The notes under the pieces were generated by a model. It worked only from the letters and a program-made list of their open reading frames with translations. It did no database searches and had not been told where the DNA came from. A stretch of 64,000 nucleotides of DNA from Dimorphilus gyrociliatus (taxonomy: Eukaryota > Animalia > Annelida), in the NCBI GenBank assembly GCA_904063045.1, contig CAJFCJ010000009.1, positions 2,542,968 through 2,606,967 on the forward strand, given 5' to 3'. Below, piece by piece: positions 45,698-61,000 of this stretch (positions are counted from its first letter, which is position 1; each line of letters opens with the position of its first letter). The position numbers and the translations under genes were made by a program.

Positions 45698-47170
45698 TTT
45701 GTCTGCTATTTCTCTATATGTAACAATTTTTAGTTCATTTTCCAGCAAATTAAAACCTATTGTAACAAACTAGAATATGCAAAATATAAACAAATGAAAC
45801 ATACTATTTAAGTCTTAAAGAGGTTTTCATGCTCTTTTTTTTTGTCTTCAAGCTCCTCCTCTTTGACCCTTTACGTTTCCTTTGTCTTTTATAAATTCAA
45901 TATATACATTATATATGTAACAATATGTTTATATAACAAACATGTTTTTACCTTAAAATACATAAACATTCATACATGTGTAAATATTGATAGCACTTCT
46001 CCCAAAAGGAAATCTATACAACCTTCTCCACCTACACTCTATCTTTTGTCTTTCTTGTTAATAGATACCTTTTTTTATAAAGTAGTCAATTAAATTAATA
46101 TAGATATATAAAGTCAAAACCCATATGATTATGTAATAAACGAGAAATATGACAGTAATTTATGATTGATAATTTTTTTTCAAGTGCAACGGCCGGGTAA
46201 ATATTGAACAAATAATAAAAAACTATAAAAGTGATAGTTTAACGGAAGGCTTTGATAAAAGTTATTTAAATCATTCAAATAGAGGAAACTATTCTCTAAA
46301 CTGTTCACTTTATATAAAAAAAATTTACTGAATAATTATATAAAGCGTAAAACATCTGTTACAAGAAACAGATAGGTGATGATACCATTGAAAAAATACA
46401 TTATAGTATATATATATATATATATAGATGGTTTTCTTCCTTTTATAAATAACTAACCTTTAGAGTTTTCACTATAATAGTATCGATGTGTTATTTGTGT
46501 GTTTTTCACATTTAAATTTGCCTTCTTCTCATTTATTAATCGATATTTATCTTTTTCAAGTAAAATCTTTGCTTTCTTAAACGATTTTACAGTTTCGTAA
46601 ACTTTCGATAAAGGAACATTAAACTTAACCATATTTCATTAATCTAAACAGATTATAATATAATAAACAATCTTTAGGCCTATTCCTCATTTTTAATATA
46701 ATTAGCGAAACGTTAAAAAAAAGAATATTATATTTATGCAAAATTTTAAAAATATTGTCTACATTAAGCATATAATATAGTAGTTTTATATTCTTGATAT
46801 TTCTATTCGAGTTATCATTAAACAAAGGCTAAAAAAGAAAAAAAGAATCTTTTAAAAAGAACACAGAAAAGAAAATATTTAATAATTTTTTAAAAAATAA
46901 ATTTGCTAAGAAAAACATAAAATCAATGCAAAAGTAGCACATTTACTTTCGGTTTTTTGTTTGTAATTGTTTTTGTTTGTTTTGTTCAGTTCGAAATTTT
47001 TCACGTCAAAAAATAACGTAAAAAATTTTAATAAGAAGAAGTCGAACTAATGGTGGAAAAGAGAAAGAAAAGAGCCGACGAAAATAAGGAATAATTCCAA
47101 CAATGGATAATGAAGAGTTTGGTTTTTTCTGGAAAGAAACTGGCTTCGTAAAATGTATTATTTTCGATTG

Positions 47171-49227
47171 CTAGACGCAGGAATCGTATTTTGCTGGTTG
47201 ATGAGCGTGTGCAGCCATGCATTCTATACTTATATCGCACTTTGCAACTCCAGCACCAGCTCTTTGTGTTGCTATATCCGCTACACGTCTCCAGCTGAGT
47301 TTAGGGAAATAACTAATTAAATAAATATTAATAATATATTTTATTTGTTACCTATTAACTTTGGGATCGGGATCGTACACTTCAACACTTCTTAGATAGT
47401 TGTGACCGTCGTGTCCTCCAACAGCAAATAGCACACCTGTATAAATATAAAAGCAAATTAATACAATCAGTCGTTATTTACATAAAATCCTTTTAATTCA
47501 ATTACCTCCTAGTGCGGCTACCCCGACCCCACCTCTCGGACTAGACATAGAGACAATTTCTGTCCATTGATTCTTTACAGAGCAGTAGCCCTCAACCGAA
47601 TCCAATGGAGAATTATCGTCAAAGCCCCCCACTATATATAAAAGTCCATCTAATTCGGCAATTCCTGCTCCTGCCCTTCGTATGCTCATCGGAGCTACGA
47701 AAGACCACTTGTTCAAGTGGGGATCGTATCTCTCACAACTTTCGAGAGATGCCTGGCCATCATTTCCTCCTATAGAGTAAAGTTGCCCATTGTGGGCCGC
47801 CACAGCTACACCTCCCCTTGGTACCAGCATTGATGCCACTTGCTCCCAACTATTGGCGACTGGATCATACCTTTCTACATTTGGATAGCAAGTATTATCA
47901 TCTAAGCCACCCACTGAATAGATAGGACCGTTTGGTCCAAGAGATGCTAGGGCAATACCACGCCTCATAGTTGACATAGGATTAATAGGTGACCATTTAT
48001 TTGTTTTGGGATCGTAAACCTCACCACTGGATAAATGGTCTGTACCATCATGACCGCCAATTGCATACAATTTACTTTTAAATGCTACAACTCCAACATG
48101 TCGTCGTCTGGTAGACATATCCGGTATTGGAAGCCACTGATCTCGCGATACATCATACCACTCAACCGATTTAAAAGGATCACCTGCCGCTCCTCTGCCA
48201 CCAACACAGAAAATTACGCCTGAATAAGATTTTCTAGGCCTTTCTCTATAGCCCCTAATAAATGAGGTTTTGTTTTGGAGGTGAAAGGTCTTAACATCAT
48301 CTAAAATATCTCTGCATTCTAGATTTTCTTTTAAAATCGGTTCCTTTTCAACGGTTTCCAAAAAAAAATTAATACTTAACAATTGTAAACGTATCTGCTT
48401 CAGAAGCTTTGGTAATAGCACAGTACGTTCCTTACTTTTATATTTCACCCATTTAACAACGGCATTATATATTTCTTCCTCACATGGAACGTTTGTATCA
48501 TCACTACGAATCATTTGAACCAGAGCCATTTCGGTCATACGTTCAAAGTCTTCACATTTCACTATTTTATTAAAATTTTCACGGGCGTATTGATCGGCAT
48601 ATTCCATCAATTCAACTCTATTATGCTGTTCTGCAAAGGCTCTTACTCCTATACAGTTGCTTGGATGCAGGTGATGTTTCATAAATCGACAACAAGCGTG
48701 GGCTACTGATTCAATTTGCAGTATATCTGAGGTATATAATAAATTTTGTACATTTTCAATATCTATGTCTACCTTTCCCGTGTAGGCAAATTTAATTAAA
48801 TCAAACAAACACTTTTCATCAACATCATTGATTGTTATTGAGTCTGAGCGAGTTTCTTCCATTCCTGACATAAACATCATTTTAAAATAAGGAGAACATC
48901 CAGCTAAAACGATTCTGTGGCATTTTAGTGTTCTTTCTCCACATATTACTTCCACATCAGTCAAGTACGATTTCTCCAAAAATTCAGCAAATACTTTATA
49001 TGCTGTTGGCGGGTATTCATTGCTAACATCGAAAGTCCAACGATCTTCCTCAATGTTAGTATTATCCGTACTAGAATTCACAATAGGATTCTTATTATAA
49101 AACACCCCAACTTGTAATTCCTTAATGCTCATTCCTGCCTTCAAAACACTTTCTAAAATCGTAGAAAACACATTATATATCGCAGAATTAACCTCATACC
49201 CCCAAGACGCATGCGCAGCATTGGCAT
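47171..49227 (-). CDS. KLHL8: Kelch-like protein (BTB-BACK-6 Kelch), KLHL8-like
   Basis: ORF 47498..49171 plus two 3' exons (GVLFAVGGHDG...; WRRVADIATQRAGAGVA) and a short probable first exon. FCVGGRGAAGDPFKSVE, RRRHVGV and RRGIALASLG are characteristic of KLHL8. Confidence 0.85.
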
Positions 49228-49448
49228 TGACTACCGATGTCTATTACGATTTGTTCACTACATATTATGCTACCGGACAGGAAACCATACTACAATGGCG
49301 TTAAAGTGACAAATATTTGAACCTGATCGTTTGTTTTTAGAATAAAAACTGAGCTTCGAGGCGCAAAGTCATCAAACGGGAAATTGTAAATGTTCAAAAT
49401 ATTTATTTAAAGTAATCTACATGTTCTTAAATTAGAGAACGTTTCCAG
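49172..49448. promoter_or_regulatory. Probable bidirectional promoter (KLHL8 / RhoGEF)
   Basis: Head-to-head starts ~220 nt apart. NRF1-like TGCGCATGCG on the minus strand at ~49208-49217 and YY1-like ATGGCG at 49295. Confidence 0.45.
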
Positions 49449-52400
49449 ATGGATCCGAATGAAGACGATCTCTGTGATATCGGTTAGTATACCTTTCTAA
49501 TATGAACTACCTAATCGGTTAGTATTAGAATGCGCATTTATTTGCATTTATTTGAAAATAAATAATACAACACCATAACTAATTAGGAAATAAGGTTAAA
49601 TTTTTACTCTCTTATCATATACAAGCTAAATATAAAAAAAACATAATGTTCAACGAAGCAGTCCATTTATAATTGATGCACGTAACCGACCCTCAAACAT
49701 ACTATTTCACTTTTAAAAAAGTCAATTGTAAACGGTAAAACAGGCCGCCTATTCGAACATGACTAGCCATTCTATTAGGTAGATAAATAATAAAAAGTTC
49801 TATTTCTCTATTCCGTATTAGCCAATGTTCTATAATGTTCTATAAATTTCATTAAAATTCTTTGTGATTTCTTACTCTAGTAAGAATTCCTTCTTTTTCA
49901 TTAGAGGGCAATGAAGATATTCAGAAACAGGATAATGATGAAACAGTCGTTGAAAGTTTTGACGAAAATGAAGATTTACCTAACCAACTCCGACAAGTAA
50001 GCCTTTGATAAATATAGTAAATTTATTCGAATTCCAGTCCGAAATTCAGGTCGAAACGGCTGTGACTGATATGAGAGATGTTTTCACATCGGCTTTGTCA
50101 GCCTTGAAAACTATGCAAAATGACGATGAACAACTTCAACAGAAAGTTGATGATCATAAAAAAGAGCATGAGAGGCAATTATCCCAAGTTGTTCGAATGG
50201 TTTTGTCGTTAAAGGTAAATAGATATACATTAATCTTTTCATACCTTTTCAAATTCGTTTCTGGCTAACTAAAGAATGACTTTGGGGCTGTTCTTCATCA
50301 ACTAACCATCGAATCCCACGTACAAAGGAATTTACGTCAACAAGTTTCTGCTTTACAAAGTGATAGGCAGCTTCTTCTTGAGGAGCTCCACCGTGCAGGC
50401 GCTATATCAGATTCCTTATAGTTCGTGTTCAGTCTTTCATCAGATATATGACCGATTTATAATTGTCCTTTTATTGAATAGTGAAGAACACAATGCGTGT
50501 GAAAGTTCAGAAGAGAGCGATCAAGAACCTCTATCGCTTCTACTACGGAAAGCCAGAATGGTATTTGGTATATCATTGTCATGTAAAAGTGAAGAAGACT
50601 CAGGAGTGACAACAACCGATTCATCAGTTTCACCCGAATCTCCTCGTTCAGTCAACCAAGAAAATTCTTACATCGTGACCCTTCCACCCCCACCATCCCG
50701 TAGGAATAAAACTTTCATTTCAAAGTGTATGTAATAGCATTCTCTTTCTTTTTTTATATAGCTGTCGACGACGTTGAAGCTTCGGCTTATGACAGTGATA
50801 GCTCTATAACCGCTGCCGCTAATAAAAGTCTAGATCTCTCACGATCATTGGGAGATAATTGTCTTGAAGTAACAGCTATAGAATTATCATCCGATGAAGA
50901 AGACACTAGAAAGGACACTGAGAAAGAAGAAATGAAAAAGCATACACCTCCGGTTTCACCAAGAACGGATGCGGACGGTGCGGCTAGGTCGCCATTTCGA
51001 AAACCTACAACACCCGTGAGAAAAGTTCCACCACACGAAAGACGAATTAAACAGATACAACGAAACAACGTTGCACAAGAACTCTACGAAACGGAAAAAA
51101 AATATTGCAATAATTTATGGATTCTCTTGGATCATTTTGCTGAGCCAATTAGAAAATCGGAAGTAATCTCATCAAAGGAATTATCGTTCGTATATTTATT
51201 AGAAAATAAACCATAGCTAAGCCAAATGTAATAAATACACAATCTCTTTCAGGACAATGTTACCGCAAGTACTAATAACTTTATACCAAAGTCATTGTAC
51301 AATACTTCAAAAGTTGGAAGATCGAGTATCTCATTCGAGTAATTATAAAGGAATGTTTGGTGATATCTTTGCTCGTTTTATCGCTGATACAGACGTAATT
51401 GCAAATATATAAATATATTCAAATTTATACGGCTAATTTTACTCTTTTCTTTTTTTTTCCAGGGTGAATTATTTCAGCATTATCAAAAATACGTAAGGGA
51501 ATTTCCTGATGCTATTCTTCAGATAAAAAAGTCCTGTAGGACCTGCCCGAAGTTTAGAAAATTTCTACGAGTTTGTATTCTCACTATTTTATCAAAGTTT
51601 TATAAAATTTTTACTGTATGTATTTTAGCAACAACTTGATGACCCAGTTTGTGAAGGTTTGGATTTGGGCTCATTTCTCCTCACGCCTGTACAAAGAATT
51701 CCTCGCTATGTACTTTTATTAAAGGTAATTAAAAAAGCATTAAAAAGAAATTTACGTTTACACTGTTTCAATCTGTCTATTGTATAGCAAATGTTAAAGT
51801 GTACTGAGGAAGATCACCCAGACCACTACCAACTTCAATTGTCTTTACATAAGTTGGCAGCTTTCTTAACTCAGCTTAATGAATCGATACAATACTCAAT
51901 GAAACTCGTTTCTCAAGTTGCCCAATCTCCCAAACTTAAACGGTATTTATTATTTAACGGGTTTACTTCAAATCTTTATTGACACGCATCTTATTTCATT
52001 AAATAGTAAAACTAGTCGAAGTTCATCGTTTCGTTCAAGTAATAGCAGCGTTGAGAGCATGAAATTAGCCGCTTCTAATACTGTTCAAAAGATAACAAAG
52101 TAAAGTATTTGCGTAACACTCTGATTGCGTAATAAGTATCGACTTATTTTATTCTAAAAATAGCGTGGCAAGGAATGTTTCGTTTAGGGAGGGTAGACAT
52201 ACACCTCGTTTGGGGAGTAGACCTTCCTCAACTGTTTCGACAGACACACCAAACAAATTGAAGCAAAAGTTAGGTTATCTGGCTACGCCTTCGGTTCCCT
52301 TGAAATCACCATCTGTCACCGTTGATCCTGGACCGAATTCATTTAGCGCAAATGACGAAGTCGTTGCTGGTAACTTTTCAAGACGCATTAGAAAAAGCAT

Positions 52401-52827
52401 TAGCCAATCGGATGTACGATTAGCGTCAGCCTTCAATGATTCGAGTAATATTGGTGAGAATACTTTAGTCTCTCAGTCGCAAATGGATGTATCAGCGTCA
52501 TCTAAAAAACGTCATCGGTTTCCATTAATGCCTTGGACAAAAAGCGCAACAATGTGTAATAATGATTCGTTGACCTCGAACGGTAAAAGAAAGAAAGGAA
52601 AACAAAGGCATTTAATAGATTCAAGTATTGCATCCGAAGCAGATGTTTCTCTTCTAAAAAAGAAAAATGGAATTAAAGGATCAATTAGAAGTTTTTTCAA
52701 AATTAGGTAATAAATAAAAAATACCTAGCTAATTATATACTTATGCTCCTTTTCTCTTTTTTTTTACAGTAAGGATAATAAACCGCCGATAGCTCCAAGA
52801 GCAAAGAAAGTCTTAAAACAATCGTGA
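49449..52827 (+). CDS. Dbl-homology RhoGEF with N-terminal coiled coil and no PH domain
   Basis: RNNVAQELYETEKKY...FLLTPVQRIPRYVLLLK...DHPDH...LNESI DH motifs over several exons, followed by a Ser-rich, basic tail. Confidence 0.8.
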
Positions 52828-53304
52828 TATTTCAAATTATTTGCAAAAATTTTATATTTTAAGCGTGCTATGAAAAATCTTTTAAACATTTTGTTCCGAT
52901 TTTAAATATTCTCCTTTACAATTTTCTCTTTTTTTTTTATTTTACACACTACGGTGGTTTTCTTTTTTCTCCTAAAAAAAGTGAGGTGCATGTAAGTTTT
53001 TGTTAAAAATTTAATACATTCGAAGTGATTTGTAAAAAATTAATAAAAATAGAACTGCCTTCTTTTTTATAGTTGATTTCATTTCCTGTTTCCCTTTAAA
53101 TCTTTATCTGGAACTATAGGGAAAATTACTTTAGGGAATTTAAATTAAGATTTTATCGTAAGATAGATGGCGCTTCGATCGCATTGCGTAATTTAATGGG
53201 TTTGCGTTACCGCGTCGATTCAACGGTTAGAAAATTGAGCCCGCAGCTAGGTACCACATTAAACTAATTCGCGTATTCAGTAGCGAGAATATCATTTCCC
53301 CAAA

Positions 53305-56300
53305 ATGGCGGAGCTAAAATTCGAAGCTCCTCTTGCAAACTTTGAGGGAGAAGAATGGAATGATTTCAATGAATTCCAAGCAGCTGAAAAAACTGGTCCA
53401 CCAAGTGTTAAAAGCGACACAAGTGATGATCGAAATTCATTAATGGACAATTTCAATGAAACTATATCAACATCTTTAGAAGATCTTGTGAATACATTCG
53501 ACGAAAAATTAACAAAATGCTTTAAAAATCATCAAGTAAAGCCGGAAACAAACAGTCATCAAACTATTAAAACGCAAGAAGAAATAATAAATGATTGCCA
53601 GTAAGTCATAACAAATTTCTGCATATTTTTAATTGAAATTGATTGGTAATTGATATGTAAATGACTACCATAGACTGGATGTACTTGCAATTCGTTAGAT
53701 GCCAATCAAGGCATTATCATTAATTAAGCATACACGCATAGGTTATACTCCTAAATATTGACATGTTGTGTAAAATCTCTAGAGTAACATGTATATTTTA
53801 TTCTTTATATTTTTGTGCTAGCTTCTTAAGAACTTAGTTTAAGTGGGATACAATAAAGAAAATTAATTGCTAAAAAATTTGTGATAATCAATATAATTTC
53901 TAAAGCCAACTGGTAGCAACAAAAGAAGTCATATTTCACTAAATTCTCTTAAACAATAATAGTTTTTAGAGCAGATGGGTACAATTCTTAGCCTATCTAA
54001 CGACCTACTCCTTTTAAAATGCTCACTTTACTCTATATGTCTTTGTAGAAATATAATTCAATTAGACATTCCATCTTATTGGATTAATATTCCTTTCTCT
54101 TGTGCATTTGTAAACTTATAATAATGTAATAATCCATTATATGCAATAGTATTCACTTGAGGGACAAAAATTAACTCTTCAACTTCGTACCCACCTTATT
54201 TAGCAATTTTATTAAATTTTCGTTTAACGTTCCTATTTATTAGTCGTCATTGACCGAATAACAGAGCTCAATCGATAAAGTTGGTGAAAGACAAACTGTC
54301 CAGTATATTTTACTTCAAATGTCTGTAAAACTGACAGAGAGGGACAAGCAAGAGAAATAGACAGGCAGGGAGAAAGACATTTTAAGTACAGTATGTATAA
54401 GAAAAAGATTTGTCCTATGGTAATTTATTCTCTAATACAAGCAAATAACCTGTTATTGAAAACAAACGTTACTTCTACTTCATCACAAACGAGCACCTTT
54501 AACGTGTGTTTGATAGAAAATTTCACGCTTCGTTAATTACTCATTTGCCTTTTATAATTTCTGAGTAACAAAATTAATTAAATGATGAATAATTCATTAT
54601 TATAAACATCAAAATATTTGAACTATAAACTTTTGAATTTTTTATTCTATCATAATATTTCCAAAAATCTAATCCTATTTATAATTTTCTTTCAGAATGT
54701 GGTGGACAATTACGGGTAATTATGGCAATGTCCTACCCATAGACTGGTCAAAATCCTACGCTCGTCAACTACATACAGAGGCCTTGCATCTTGAAGAGAA
54801 AAAGGTAAAAACTTTAATTATAACTCTATATTGGCTACATTATTAGATTGTAAAGGGAGATATATACATTTGTATAATTTAAAAAGGCTAATAAATAAAA
54901 CCCTCCCCAATGCACCATGTGCGATCAATATTGAGCAAAACGCTGTTTCTATTTATTTCTCACGATTCACCGTTAGCAATAAATTCTATAATAGATACAT
55001 AATAATACATTCTTTATAGCATTTTTCTATTGTTTAATTTCAATAATAACGGAATTCAACGATATAAAAAAGAACTTAATGAACTTAATATTTAAGCGTA
55101 TATACCCTGCTGAGACTTTTGAGACGAGACAAAAAAGGACCAATGAATATAATCAAATCCACGTTTACTTCTTTTTTTTTAAGTGAAAATTATCAAGTTC
55201 GTCCAGTACTTATTGATTGTCTTCCTTACGAATTGGTCTGTGTAAAGATCTTAAGCATGAGACAAAATTAGTCGCCTTACGATTACGAATTTAATATAAA
55301 TGTACTTCTCTCACGCTTTTCAATGTACTTTATTTGATGAAATTTTCGAAATAATAATGCATAGTGAAACAGATGTTTTTATGGAATTAATTTTCTCCTT
55401 GATAGATTAATGATAAATATTGTTATTTATGGTTTGATTCGCTAGAAATTTATCAGTAAACGAACATTATTGTTGACCAAGTAAAAAAAAAATTGCATTC
55501 TATAAGACCTCAAATGTTTATTCCTAGGACGAAGAAGAATTGAATTTGGATTTATCAGACGACGAAGAATTACAAGCTGCATTTGATATGCACTCACTAA
55601 TTGTATCTTCTCTTCATCACGAGCCTCTTTTTTCGGCTGATGATGTTATCAATGAGATAGAAGGAATTATGAAGGAAGCAGATGATTTTGAAGAAGAGAC
55701 TGCTATGAACAATAGATCTTCAACTTCCATAGAATTGCTACAATTAAAATATAAGTCAGATATAACACCGTCAAATATAGAAGGAAGTGAGTACACTTTT
55801 AAACTTTTCTTTCAATTAGTCTGTAACAATTTTTTTCTTTACTTTAAAAAAAAACCAACTAACAAAACGAATATAATCCTATTTTATTTTTATTTGTTTC
55901 AAAAAGAAGATACATCTGGTAAATTTTCACATAAATTTTGTATTCTTTTTTTTCTTGTTATTGCAGTTTGTCATCACGTTGTAAATATGCATGTTTGTAA
56001 AAAAAAATAACCGAACTATAAGGTATAACTTATTGAGCATTTCTGAGTTCTATTTAATGAATATGTCAAAGGGATTTTTATTGATCGAAGGGAAGGAGGA
56101 AAATATTAGAATAATGTAGGTTTCCTTTTTTTTTAAGACAGACCATTCCTTAGCAAACAATTTCTATTTATATACCGAATGAATTTTATTACCCACTTTA
56201 TAACATATAAAAATTAGATTTTATTCTGGTTTCTGGCTAAGACTTATATTTTGTTTTGTACATTTTTTAAGAAACAGAGAGAATAATAAGGCAGTTAAAA

Positions 56301-57416
56301 ATAGAATTCAGAAATGCTTGTTAGGAAAATCGATAATCTTATCATTCTTATTCATACCCTGGACTTTTTACCTTTCATCTATAACCTTTCACAAAATTTC
56401 CCTTCCCACTATTATGAAGATATACTGTAGATATTTCGAATCTAGCTGTTGTTTCGCTTTAGAATCCATTTAGAACCATTGACGTTGATAAATATTCATA
56501 ATATTTCTGCGTCATTCTCTTTGCAGCCCTGAAATCCCTATCGACCGTGGCTTTGAATGAACTATACGAGGAATTAGAGGGAACTGTAAAAGAATTATCT
56601 GAAACTCTAATACAACAATTAGCTCTCCGAGACGAATTAGAATACGAAAAAGAGCTAAAAAATCAATTCATATCCCTTCTTCTTTCATTGCAGGTAAACG
56701 ATATATTTCTCTCTTTTTTCTCCTACCTAATATTAATGATCTGAGGGGAATTTATGCATCGTTGGGTATCTTAAGCAAACTATGACCCTGAATCAATAAG
56801 TTTTTAGCGGATATAAAATCTTATCTACACTACAATGACGTCAAACCTAATATATTCAGCTGTTTTCCTCTTTTTTTTTCTTGACAATCAATATATTGTT
56901 ATTTTTATTCTTTGTTGTTTTTTTTTTAACCTAAAATTAATAAATAATATTTTCCATAGAAAAAAAGAAGAGAATTACCGATTTCATCGTCCGGTATTAA
57001 GGTTCCTGGTTCTAAAAAAGTCATCAGCCCAGACGGTTTTGGAAAAGTAAATATTTTTTATAGTATAAAACACTACATCCTAACCATTCTATTACATTTT
57101 TTTTTATTTAGTATCTGACAATGTCTATACCATATAACGCGGAGAGAGTAGGCCCACCAACCAACGAGGAATTACAAATTTTTATTAAGAGTAAGTAAAT
57201 ACGACATTTTCGATTAAACTCCTAAGATTATGTACATTAAATAATAAGTAATACGACATTGCTTATTTTAGTTATGAAGGCAATGAACGAAGATAGCCCT
57301 GTTGTCCCTACTTTACTGACTGATTACATACTCAAAGGTTTAATATTTCGATAATTCATTTTTTCATAATTTCATCTTCATCTTATATTACAGTGGTTTG
57401 TCCTACTAACAACTAG
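53305..57416 (+). CDS. FEZ1: FEZ1/UNC-76 family kinesin adaptor
   Basis: MAELKFEAPLA, SLEDLVNTFDEKLTKCF, WWTITGNYGNVLPIDWSKSYAR, FDMHSLI, LVQQLALRDELEYEKELKNQFIS-like segment, YLTMSIPY, VPTLLTDYILKV. Confidence 0.9.
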
Positions 57417-58036
57417 TCCGGTGCTGAGATAATAGCAATTTTTGGCTTCTTTCCTAGTCAAGATGTTGTCCGCGATAATTTATGCAATTGTACATCAATT
57501 TATGAAAGACTCGTAGCTTTATGAAGACGAAGATCTTTTTCGCTTTACTATGTTATTTTTCCTTAAATTTACTTCCCTCTCAAAAACATTTTTTTACTTT
57601 GTTGCTCAGTGTACAAGAATATCCGTTTGAGTTATACGCAAATTGCTAATGATATCAAAAAAAGGAAGAAATGATAACGATTTTTGGCGTATTTATCGTC
57701 TTATGTGTAATATTTGAAAATTCCTAAAAATAAACAAAAATTAATAAGTTAATTCTAATTTAAGGACAAAAAATTAATCATTGAATAGCAAATTTTAAAT
57801 AAATCATATAAAATTGTAATCGAGAAAACATAAAGAAAATCTCTTAATATACGATTTCTTTAGAATTGAATAAATTTCTTTAAATTAATGACAAATTAAA
57901 TTGGGATTTAAATATATATATATATATTAGAAGGGAATGGGGAGTGAGAAGCGACTAGATCACAAAATTAAGAGAAAGTTGATCACTTGAGCAGTTTTGT
58001 TTGTTTCTTGTGATTAATTACAAAAATTTTTAAAGA

Positions 58037-61000
58037 TTATGAATTTGAAGGCCATACACTGTCCATATTATGATCAACACGTGACAGTGGACGTAAATTG
58101 CGTATCTCCCCACTGTAGTAGGCCAAGTCGGTTGTTACCAGACCTTGTTGAGGACCACCGTCATTAGAAACTCTAAGTCTGGCTAAGGCATTTTTCATAT
58201 GGCGTTTGAAAGCTTGATGAACTCGTAACAAAAGTTGTGCTATATGCTTTTCGGGAAGTAAACTGTTGATAGCCTGATAGAATTTGCTAATCTGAGAAAC
58301 GGCTTGACGGACGTGAGTTGACGGCATTGGAGCCTTCACTTCGTACTTTGAGAATTGAGCATCAAACATCGATTCAATAATATAAACCAGCTTATTGTCA
58401 ATTTCCTCAATATGATTTTTATAATCACGAGTAACTTTATCAAAATGACGTAATTGATTATTATTCTTTTCCGGAATCAGTTGTTCGAAATGTCGTCTTA
58501 TTAAAGGAAGAAGAAAAACTATAAACTGTAAGCATCTGGAGTTTAGAGCCAAATGTCTAGTGGATATTGTTTTCAACCCAACTAATTGGACGGCTCCAGC
58601 ACCAAGTACGAGTTGACAAGTTCTTGAATTGTACATATTTAATAATTCCAATAGTCTTATAGAAATATCCGACGATACGGCCTTAACAACTTTAGCCAAT
58701 TCGCAATATTCAATTACTATTTTAAATAACAAAAGCACCGTCCCAACAACGCCATATTCTTCGTTAGCTACTTTTAGGACCGGTTTCGTTTCTTCAACAG
58801 AATTTTTCGTTTGAGGTAAACCTTCTCTAGTCAGTGTACCACTACTTATCACATGATCTATGAGTAATTGAAATTGAAGAGGAACTTCGGCTTGTTTCCA
58901 ATGTTCATTGTCAAGTATCAGGGACAATTTGGTTCTTTTTTCATCATGGACCTTGTTTATATAGCTAGTAGCTTGGGCTTTCATACTAGCACTAAGTGCT
59001 ATACCCGTTTTCCTTTCCGATTCAACCAGTTTGGCTGAACTTCTCATCCAAACTTGAACTTTCTCCCACAACTCAACTAATTCAGACGGCTGAAGCTTTT
59101 CTAAAAATCCATTTTTAGCCCTAGCCGTTACTAATTTACCGACCCGATCATGCGCACATTCGGCAATAGTATAGAACATAGTATTGATTTTGTCATCTAC
59201 ATCTTCAGTTTCCGTCTGATTTATGGACGCGTCTAATTCGCATGAGACGTTAATCTTCCTCGGAGTATTAGTACAAGCCGTTTTGCATACGTCTTTCATA
59301 ATATCACTAATTATCTATATAAGAACAAAGAATATTAATTAATTATTTACGTCTGCTAATATATATTCCCATTATTAAAAATATTACCTTAATTCGTTTA
59401 AGCATTGATAACATTTTTTCTAGTACAACATCAAGTAAATCCATCCATCTTTCATAGTCTAAAAGTCTAATAAAATTGAAAAATATTTGTTTAAACTAGT
59501 TTTTAATTATTTAATACAAAAATTATTATATACCTCATCTGATCGGCTAATGATCCTAACTCATTGTCGCTATCGTCAATATGAGAGACGGCTTTAACAA
59601 TAATATCCTTTAACAAAGCCTTTATGGCAACTTCAGCTTCGTCGGCGTAAGTAGTAATCCAATCATAATTATCAACTCTAACCATACCAGATAAAACAGC
59701 AATAAGATGCTCCTATTAAAAATAAACAAACAAACATTAAATATTTAATAAATAATAAACAAATGTCAATAATCAATAGCAATAGTAGGAAATTATTAAT
59801 ATTTCTTCGTCTAGCTCCTTTAACCGTGAAATCATAATATATAGTATTAAGGGTGAAATAAAATAAGGGACCAAGCCGAGAAATGACAATAAGAAAGTTA
59901 AACAGTTGTTAGTGAATATTAGTAAACTTTTTCCATTCTTTTTTTTTTATATATGGGGGTCATAACTTAAATTAATAAAAGTTATATATGACCTATTTTC
60001 AAACAATTTAAGCTTAAAAAAATTGAAAATGCGAATTATACCTGATAAGTTAACGATACTAATTCATATTCCTGTAGAATTTATATAGTATTTGTGCTTG
60101 TGTTATAATAACTTTAGCAAATAAACAAACAAATAAACAAACAAAATTTATCCAATAAAAAACACAAAAAAGAAAGAGAATAGACCAAAAAACGAAAAAA
60201 TTATATAGAATATATAAATATACTATATATCTATCTATCTTTATTAGAAAATCAAGATTACAAACTTGTTCGATATCCTCAGATTCATTTAATGGTTTAT
60301 TAAGATCGTTTGATGCTATTTTAACAAACTCCTGTTTCATCATCTTTTCAATTACTTTAGCTAATTCGGATAGTTGAGAGCCTAGATGTCTTTAGAAATG
60401 AAATAAGAAAGGACAATTAATTTTAGTTAATCATTTTCGCCTTTTTAGATCGTATAAATACCTAAAACTATAGATTCCACGTAGTTCTTGAGATAAGACT
60501 TCTTGCGTTGTATAAATTAAGTCTAATGCTCCTATATAATCGCTTGAAGCCAATAGTACTTGAATAGTTGGTTGAGTTTGATGTACAGTAGCCATTAACT
60601 TCAGCTAAATTGTTTTTTTTGAATAACGCAAAATATATTATTATTATTATTATACAAATAGAATATATATTTAAATTTTGTTACCTTATCAAGAACAACT
60701 GCCCTATTCGTTCTAATTCTATTATATTTCATAATAGCCAATGGTTTTTCAGCAAATAAACTATTTAAATCGCTAATTTTTGTTCTGTTCAAAGAAATAA
60801 TATTAGATATATAATTATTAAATGAAGAACGTAACGTTAATTCATTTTTCCTTTTAACCTTAAAGACTTGATTTTATTCAATGTTGTTTTCATATCTTCT
60901 TGCAGTTGGTCATGTGATGACATAGCGTGAAAAAACGCGTCAGCTTTTGCAGATATTTGCTTGGCTATTTGAACTTCAACACAATCCAAGTAATGCGTTA

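Noticed and set aside
53641-53707. Possible pre-miRNA hairpin (GATTGG...CCAATC) in a FEZ1 intron
   Set aside because: Only ~8 terminal base pairs followed by a large bulge; not a miRNA-like stem.
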